Shown in pieces: positions 39,870-45,600 of a DNA stretch of 52,801 bases (position 1 is the stretch's first letter; each line of letters opens with the position of its first letter). Made by a program: the position numbers and the translations under genes. This stretch comes from Actinomycetota bacterium (GTDB lineage: Bacteria > Actinomycetota > UBA4738 > HRBIN12). Location: the NCBI GenBank assembly GCA_035550775.1, contig DASZOO010000115.1, positions 1 to 52,801 on the forward strand, written 5' to 3'. A model generated the notes under the pieces. The model was not told the DNA's origin. It did not search any database and was given only the letters and a program-made list of their open reading frames with translations.

Positions 39870-40727
39870 GTGCCTTGGGCCGTCGGTACACTCCGCCGCA
39901 TGAGCGGACCCGCGTGGACGATGGCACACGAGGCGGCGACCGCAGCCGGCGTGGAGCTCCGCTCGCTGACGTCGCTCGAGGATGCCGACGCGATCCTGCG
40001 GGTGATGGTGGCGACGTGGAACGAGGAGATCCCACGGGAGACGCTCCGTGCGTTGTCCGGGTCGGGGAACGTCCCCTGGGGCGCCTTCGACGGTGACGAG
40101 CTGATCGGCTACGTGCTCGGCTGGGCCGCCATCTCCGACGACGACGGGCTGCACGAGCATTCGCACATGCTGGCCGTCCTTCCCGGGCGCCGGCACGCGG
40201 GTGTGGGCTACGCCCTCAAGCTGGCACAACGGGCGTCCTGTCTCGACCGGGACATCCACCTGGTTCGATGGACCTTCGATCCGCTCGTCGCTCGCAACGC
40301 CCACCTCAACATCAACAAGCTCGGCGCGACCTGCGACAGGTTCCACCGCGACTACTACGGCGAGATGCCCGATGCGATCAATGCCGGGGATCGCAGCGAC
40401 CGCCTCGTCGTGCGGTGGCTGCTCGACCCGGCGCCGACGGCTCCGACGATCCCCTTCGGCGCCCGGATCGTAGTCCGCAGCGCCGGCCCCGTCGATGCGC
40501 CCGAGCCGGAGGTGATCGACGAGTCGAACGGGACTGAGGTCGTTGCGGTGCAGGTGCCCCGAGACCATGCCGCCGTGCGGACGGCCGATCCGGGGCTCGC
40601 GGCCGCCTGGCGGGAAGCCGTCGGCTCGGTGCTCGAGGCTCAGGTTGCCGCGGGGCTCGGCGTCGTGGCATTCGATCCCGATCGAGCAGCGGGCCGCCCG
40701 ACCTACTACCTCGGGCCGCGGCCATGA
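39870..40727 (+). CDS. GNAT-family acyltransferase
   Basis: Acyl-CoA motif LPGRRHAGVGYALKLAQ. 4-nt overlap with the downstream enolase-superfamily gene. Start may be M11 at 39900. Confidence 0.7.
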   Translation: MPWAVGTLRRMSGPAWTMAHEAATAAGVELRSLTSLEDADAILRVMVATWNEEIPRETLRALSGSGNVPWGAFDGDELIGYVLGWAAISDDDGLHEHSHMLAVLPGRRHAGVGYALKLAQRASCLDRDIHLVRWTFDPLVARNAHLNINKLGATCDRFHRDYYGEMPDAINAGDRSDRLVVRWLLDPAPTAPTIPFGARIVVRSAGPVDAPEPEVIDESNGTEVVAVQVPRDHAAVRTADPGLAAAWREAVGSVLEAQVAAGLGVVAFDPDRAAGRPTYYLGPRP

Positions 40728-41833
40728 GCGTCGTTCGAACGCTCGAGCTCCGCCTGATCGGCTTGCCCCTCGTGCGGCCGTTCCGCACGAGCTTCGGCAC
40801 CTCGACGGAGAAGACGTGCGTGCTCGTGCGGCTCGTGTCCGATGCGGGCGAGGGATGGGCCGAGTGCGTGACGGAGGTCGAACCCAGCTTCAGCGAGGAG
40901 TTCAACGACGGTGCGTGGCTGGTGCTGCGCGATCACCTCGGCCCGGCGTTGCTACGCGCCGGCGACCTGGACATCGATGACCTCGAAGGGGTCTTCACAC
41001 ACGTGCGCGGCAATCCCATGGCGAAGGCGGCGATCGTCGACGCCTTCGTCGACGCCGAGCTCAGGGGTCGAGGTGAGCCGCTCGCGGACTGGCTCGGCGC
41101 GGACCGCGATCGGGTCCCGTGCGGGGTGTCGATCGGCATCACCGACACGACGGAGGCCCTGCTCGGACAGGTCGAGGGGTACCTGGAGGAGGGGTACCGG
41201 CGGATCAAGCTCAAGATCGAGCCGGGTCTCGACGTCGAGCGGGTGGCGGCGGTCCGATCCGCGCATCCGAGCATCGCGCTCAGCGTCGACGCCAACGCGG
41301 CGTACACGATCGACGACCTCGACGTGTTCCGAGCGCTCGACGGATACGACCTGTTGATGATCGAACAACCGCTCCACCATTCGGACCTGGTCCGGCACGC
41401 CGAGCTGCAGCGGGCGATCCGAAGCGACGTCTGCCTCGACGAGTCGATCCGCTCGGCGGCCGATGCCGCAGCCGCGTTGGAACTCGGCAGCTGCCGCATC
41501 GTGAACATCAAGCAGGGCCGCGTCGGCGGCATCCTCGAGGCTCGGCGAGTGCACGACGTGTGTCGCGCGGCCGGCGTGCCCGTCTGGTGCGGCGGCATGT
41601 TGGAGACGGGTATCGGCCGCGCCCAGAACCTGGCGTTGGCGGCCATGCCGGGGTTCACCCTTCCCGGCGACACGAGCGCGAGCGCACGCTATTTCCCCGA
41701 CGACATCACCGAGCCGTTCGTGATGGCGTCGGACGGCACGATGTCGGTGCCCGCGGGTGCCGGGATCGGCATCTCACCTCGTCCCGATCGCCTGGTGGAG
41801 ACGACGCTGAGAACCGAGACGATCTCACGATGA
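40724..41833 (+). CDS. Enolase-superfamily enzyme of the o-succinylbenzoate synthase / N-succinylamino-acid racemase subgroup
   Basis: KxK (RIKLKI), metal ligands in DANAAY / MIEQPL / LDESI, second Lys in NIKQGRVGG, and CGGMLETGIGRA. Confidence 0.85.
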   Translation: MSVVRTLELRLIGLPLVRPFRTSFGTSTEKTCVLVRLVSDAGEGWAECVTEVEPSFSEEFNDGAWLVLRDHLGPALLRAGDLDIDDLEGVFTHVRGNPMAKAAIVDAFVDAELRGRGEPLADWLGADRDRVPCGVSIGITDTTEALLGQVEGYLEEGYRRIKLKIEPGLDVERVAAVRSAHPSIALSVDANAAYTIDDLDVFRALDGYDLLMIEQPLHHSDLVRHAELQRAIRSDVCLDESIRSAADAAAALELGSCRIVNIKQGRVGGILEARRVHDVCRAAGVPVWCGGMLETGIGRAQNLALAAMPGFTLPGDTSASARYFPDDITEPFVMASDGTMSVPAGAGIGISPRPDRLVETTLRTETISR

Positions 41834-41931
41834 GCGGATCCCGCCTCCCGGTCCGCGTTCGGTCCGGAAAGAGTGACAAGAACCCCGGCTCCGATTTGAC
41901 GGCAGGCAGGCGAACGCCGTATGGTTCGTCA

Positions 41932-41971
41932 TGAGAAACCGCTGGGGCCCCCGGGTTCCGGCGGTTTCTCA
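41932..41971. terminator. Long hairpin (11-bp perfect arms TGAGAAACCGC / GCGGTTTCTCA) in the 279-nt gap before the mau-like operon
   Basis: Read directly. The GC-rich loop can pair further. About 100 nt downstream of the OSBS/NSAR stop. Confidence 0.4.
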
Positions 41972-42112
41972 CGTTCGGGGCTCGTTGACCTCACGCGTGC
42001 TTGAGCCGGAGGCCTCCAGGGGCGACCATACGCACACGCGCCCGCCGCGGCCGCGACCTCCGAGGACCGCCCGGAGATCGCCGGCTCTCGATCTCGAGCG
42101 GGCCGGACCGAC

Positions 42113-42673
42113 ATGAAGAAGCGAGTCGTCCAAGCGGGGGAGTTCGAGGTCGTCGACGCCGACGGCCGCGTGCGTGTGCGCATCGGGCTGTCCAACGACG
42201 AAGATCCCTTCCTCTCGCTGCTCGCCCCCGATGGCCAGGTCCGCATGCGATTCGGCCTGTCGGGCGACGGGGCCGCAGGGCTTGCCGTCGGCGACGCCAA
42301 CGGCAAGGTGCGTGCCACGGTGGGACTGTCCAGCGACGGCAGCGCGAGCCTTGCGTTCGGCGACAAGAACGGGCGGATCCGCGCGAAGTTCGGCCTGGCC
42401 CCCGAGGCGTCCCCGACGATGGGCATGCACGTGAGTGACGACGAGCTGTCGCAGGTCTACTCGCTCGCCGAACAGGGTTCACCGACATTGGGTCTCTACG
42501 ATCACGCGGGCAAGGTCCGGGTTCGGCTCGGCCTCGCGGCCGAAGGCTCCCCGGTGCTCCGCCTGCTCGACCGCGACGGGGAGCTCCGAGCGATCGTGGG
42601 GCTCGCGGATGACGGCTCGCCGTTCGTCCGATTCCTCGACGAGGCCAAGCAACCGACCTGGACCATGCGATGA
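42113..42673 (+). CDS. Leaderless, Cys-free protein made of about 7.5 tandem 23-aa repeats
   Basis: Repeat pattern x-L-x-L-x-D-x-x-G-x-x-R-x-x-x-G-L-x-x-D-G-S-P, e.g. VLRLLDRDGELRAIVGLADDGSP. ATGA overlap with the next gene. Confidence 0.7.
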   Translation: MKKRVVQAGEFEVVDADGRVRVRIGLSNDEDPFLSLLAPDGQVRMRFGLSGDGAAGLAVGDANGKVRATVGLSSDGSASLAFGDKNGRIRAKFGLAPEASPTMGMHVSDDELSQVYSLAEQGSPTLGLYDHAGKVRVRLGLAAEGSPVLRLLDRDGELRAIVGLADDGSPFVRFLDEAKQPTWTMR

Positions 42674-43179
42674 CCGGGTGGTGGGCCCTGGCCTTCGTCG
42701 TGCTCTGGCTGCTCGTGGTCGTGCTCTGCATCGTCGTGATCGCGCTCGCCCGGCAGGTGGGCACCCTGCATCTGCGTCTCGGCCCCCGCGGCGCGCTCGA
42801 GATCGACGACGAGGGCCCGGCGATCGGCGAACCGCTGCCGACCGTCACCGCGGCCACGCCCGGCGGACATCCGATCACGATCGGGGGAGCGGGCCGGCCG
42901 CGCCTGGTGCTGTTCGCCTCGGAGACCTGTGCGATCTGCCGCGAGGTGTCCCCCGGCATCCCCGCAGCGGCGGCCGCCGGCCGGCTCGACCCGATCGTGG
43001 TGCACGACTCGGCGGCCGAGCGCCGGCTCGACGTGCCGGGTACGCCGTTCGTGGTCGTGTTGGACGAGCACGGTATCGTGCGCGCCAAAGGCACCGTGAA
43101 CAACCTGGAACAGGTCGAGGGATTGGTGGACACCGCGAACCGCCGGATCACGGAGGAACATCGACAGTGGGCAAGCTGA
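42670..43179 (+). CDS. Membrane-anchored thioredoxin-fold protein, MauD-like (TlpA/ResA superfamily)
   Basis: N-terminal TM segment WWALAFVVLWLLVVVLCIVVIAL; FASETCAICREV CxxC motif; GTPFVVVLDEHG. Confidence 0.75.
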   Translation: MTGWWALAFVVLWLLVVVLCIVVIALARQVGTLHLRLGPRGALEIDDEGPAIGEPLPTVTAATPGGHPITIGGAGRPRLVLFASETCAICREVSPGIPAAAAAGRLDPIVVHDSAAERRLDVPGTPFVVVLDEHGIVRAKGTVNNLEQVEGLVDTANRRITEEHRQWAS

Positions 43180-43703
43180 CCCCGATCGAGCGAGCGGAAC
43201 GCTCTCTCGCCTCTCGCACCAGTCGCCGGAGCTTCCTGGGGCGGGTCGGCAAGGGCGTCGTCGCGCTCGCAGGCGGAGGACTCGTCGCCACCGCGATCGC
43301 TCCCGACCGCGCGCAGGCGTATCACATCTGCGGCCACACGTATACGACCGGCTCATGCCCGCATCCTTACTCCCCGTTGTCTCGGACCGATCGCTACGGC
43401 TATCCGATGCACCCTCAGTACGGGCACCCCGTCGACGACGCGGGGAAGAAGTACGTGGATCCCAAGTCTCAGAAGCGGCGGAAGACCTGTGAGCAGATGG
43501 TGCCCGGGGAGTATCCGTTCACGGGGAGACCGCGTTACGGCGGTGGATGGACCCGCTGCTGCTACGGAAGGCTGCGGCACATCCAGGATTGCTGCTCCAC
43601 CTCCGACATCCGTATCAACGGGGACTACGCCGTTCGTGGCTACTGTCCGCGCGGGCTCAAGGTGTTCTGCATCACCTACCGGGAGCTCAACCGGCGGTGC
43701 TGA
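43167..43703 (+). CDS. Tat-leader, 10-Cys small protein resembling the methylamine dehydrogenase light chain (MauA-like)
   Basis: GTG preceded by GGAGG 10 nt upstream. Leader ASRTSRRSFLGRVGKGVVALAGG...APDRAQA. Mature part has GGGWTRCCY, IQDCC and GYCPRG motifs. Confidence 0.7.
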   Translation: MGKLTPIERAERSLASRTSRRSFLGRVGKGVVALAGGGLVATAIAPDRAQAYHICGHTYTTGSCPHPYSPLSRTDRYGYPMHPQYGHPVDDAGKKYVDPKSQKRRKTCEQMVPGEYPFTGRPRYGGGWTRCCYGRLRHIQDCCSTSDIRINGDYAVRGYCPRGLKVFCITYRELNRRC

Positions 43704-43781
43704 CCGACGCGCTGGGCGGCGACGCGGTCGCGGGAGCGCTGGTGCTGGCCCTCGTGGCCGCGTCGGCCGTCGCGGGGTGGT

Positions 43782-43807
43782 CAGCCCTCTACGGGCCCTG
43801 AGGGCTG
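43782..43807 (+). promoter_or_regulatory. Hairpin CAGCCCTC-N10-GAGGGCTG whose 3' arm contains the Shine-Dalgarno sequence of the next gene
   Basis: Read directly. GAGGG (43800-43804) lies 6 nt before the ATG at 43811. Confidence 0.4.
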
Positions 43808-43810
43808 TCG

Positions 43811-44935
43811 ATGGTGGAGACCATCACTCCCGTCGTGTACGGGGGCCGAGCCCGATGGACCGCGGCGTTCGCGCTGCACGTCGCCGGCGCCACAGCGAGC
43901 GCTGCCATGTTCGGGTTGATCCTGGGCGGCGTCGGGTCGTTGCTCGGCGCTCCGTGGGGGCGCGCGGGAGCGATCGCCCTCGCCGCCGCCGCGGCGGTCT
44001 ATGCCCTCGGGGAGCTCCCCCGGATCACGGCCACGGTCCCGCAACTCCGTCGCCAGGTGCCCGACTGGTGGCGGGAGTTCTTCTCGTGGCCGGTCGCCGC
44101 TACGCTCTACGGCGCCGGGCTCGGCATCGGCTTCTTCACCTATCTCTCGCACGGAACGCTGGTCGTCGTGGCGCTCGCTGCGCTCGCGTCGGGAGACCCT
44201 CTCGTCGGCGCGATCGTCGTCGCGCCCTTCGGGCTGGCTCGAGGGCTCTCGGCCGCTCGGGCCTCCGGGGTTCGAACGCAGGAGGCATCACAGCGGTTGG
44301 TCGATCACCTCGCAGAGACGCCGGAGCGAGGCCGGTCGATCGCCAACGGCTCGGCGCTGGTCGTGGTGGGCGGCCTCTCGCTCGTGACGGCGGCCGGAGC
44401 GGCGGATGGTTGGGGCGCGTTCGCGACGGCAGCGCTCGCGCTGGCGTTCGCCTGGGCGGCCGCGTCGAAGGTGGCTGACGTGCGTGGATGGCGCCGCACC
44501 CTCGCCGCGCACGGGCTGCCCCGAGGCGTCGGGGCGGCGGCCGTGTTCGGCGTGCCCACCGCCGAGGCGTTGGTGCCGGTGCTCGCGGTGTCGGGGTGGC
44601 CTCGAGCGGCCGCGATCTGGGCGCTCGTGCTCCTGCTCGTCTTCACGGTCGAGGCCCTGCGGGCCTGGCGACGGTTCGGACCCCACGTGCCGTGCGGCTG
44701 CTTCGGCGGCCGCGAGGCCGTCTCGCCGGCGGCCCTGCTGCTCCGCAACGCCGCGCTCGCCGGCCTCGCCGCCACCGTAGCCCTGCGGCCGGCACCCCCG
44801 CCGGCGTTCTCCTGGCCCGGGTGGCCCGCCCCGGGGGAGGTCTTGCCGATGGTGTTGGCGATCGTGGGAGTGGGCGTGGCAGGCTTCACCGCGTGGACGG
44901 CGACGAAGTGGCTCGGCGGCGGGGCGCGCCCGTGA
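43811..44935 (+). CDS. Polytopic membrane protein: N-terminal Cys-free multi-TM domain fused to a MauE/DoxX-like C-terminal half
   Basis: C-terminal half has FGVPTAEALVPVL... and VPCGCFGG. The N-terminal half has QLRRQVPDWW and GAGLGIGFFTY motifs. Confidence 0.65.
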   Translation: MVETITPVVYGGRARWTAAFALHVAGATASAAMFGLILGGVGSLLGAPWGRAGAIALAAAAAVYALGELPRITATVPQLRRQVPDWWREFFSWPVAATLYGAGLGIGFFTYLSHGTLVVVALAALASGDPLVGAIVVAPFGLARGLSAARASGVRTQEASQRLVDHLAETPERGRSIANGSALVVVGGLSLVTAAGAADGWGAFATAALALAFAWAAASKVADVRGWRRTLAAHGLPRGVGAAAVFGVPTAEALVPVLAVSGWPRAAAIWALVLLLVFTVEALRAWRRFGPHVPCGCFGGREAVSPAALLLRNAALAGLAATVALRPAPPPAFSWPGWPAPGEVLPMVLAIVGVGVAGFTAWTATKWLGGGARP

Positions 44936-45567
44936 TGATGCCGTGGATCCGACGCGCCGTATGGGCGATGCGGCCCGTGACACCCTTCCTCGCTGCCGGG
45001 CTGGCCGTCCTCGTGGCCCTGGTCGCGATCGCGTCGCCGAGGTTCCATACGGACATGAACGATCCCGACGATGCGAAGGGTCCCCTCGACGTCCGCCGGA
45101 TCCGCCTCGACCACGAGGGCCGCACCGAGATCACCGCGATCACCTTCTCGGACTGGACGGCGAAGTCGATGTGGGACCGTGGGAACGCCTACGTGCTGCT
45201 CGACACCGTCGGGCGCGAGCCCGCCGACTATTTCATCGTCGTGCGCAGCACGGGCACGACGTTGCAGGCTTCCTTGTGGCGAGATCGGCGGGCGAAGCGT
45301 GACGCGTTCCTGCGAAACGTCAAGGTGCGCCGGAAGACGTTGAACAGCCTGACCGTCAGGGTGCCGGTGAAGTCACTGGAGTTCGGGCGCCAGCGAGACG
45401 TCTACTACTGGTGGGTGGTGACCAGCTTCACGGGCAGCATCTGCCGGCGAACGTGCCTCGACCGGGCCCCCAACAGCGGGACGGTCGAACAGTGGCGGCC
45501 GGGCCACTCGCCGACGCCGACCACGACCACGTCGACGTCCACCGGCACGAGGACCGCCGGCCCGTAG
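44935..45567 (+). CDS. Hypothetical exported or anchored protein with Thr-rich C-terminal tail
   Basis: GTGATGATG start region overlaps the upstream TGA. Hydrophobic N-terminus FLAAGLAVLVALVAIA; DDAKGPLDVRRIRL; tail PTPTTTTSTSTGT. Confidence 0.6.
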   Translation: MMPWIRRAVWAMRPVTPFLAAGLAVLVALVAIASPRFHTDMNDPDDAKGPLDVRRIRLDHEGRTEITAITFSDWTAKSMWDRGNAYVLLDTVGREPADYFIVVRSTGTTLQASLWRDRRAKRDAFLRNVKVRRKTLNSLTVRVPVKSLEFGRQRDVYYWWVVTSFTGSICRRTCLDRAPNSGTVEQWRPGHSPTPTTTTSTSTGTRTAGP

Positions 45568-45600
45568 GAGCGGGGGCCGGCCCGCAGGCTGGAGGGTCAC

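Noticed and set aside
39372-39900. Integrase, attachment site or mobile-element signature next to tRNA-Ile (and likewise next to tRNA-Ala at 52517-52801)
   Set aside because: I found no recombinase or transposase ORF, no duplicated tRNA 3' fragment and no terminal inverted repeats. An island interpretation rests only on synteny and is reported as such.
41931-42116. 61-aa ORF (and minus-strand ORFs 41929-42430 and 41991-43337) in and over the gap before the mau-like operon
   Set aside because: The products are Arg/Pro-rich. The plus ORF is simply the hairpin region read as protein. The minus ORFs are antisense to the repeat-protein and MauD/MauA-like genes.
42435-43166. First 244 aa of the 422-aa ORF 42435-43703
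   Set aside because: It is out of frame over the repeat-protein and MauD-like genes and is Arg/Gly/Pro junk. The credible protein starts at the GTG at 43167, with a Shine-Dalgarno and a Tat leader.
44488-44934. Upstream part of ORF 44488-45567, and the parallel ORFs 43489-44478 and 44406-44780
   Set aside because: They are out-of-frame overlaps of the MauE-like membrane gene and Arg-rich. The real downstream gene begins at the GTGATGATG overlap at 44932-44940.
42113-45567. Interpreting the cluster as a functional methylamine or aromatic amine dehydrogenase locus
   Set aside because: No heavy-chain propeller, MauG (no CxxCH), amicyanin/azurin or downstream C1/aldehyde-handling genes are present, and the light-chain homologue has a single Trp. 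I therefore call it only 'mau-like'.
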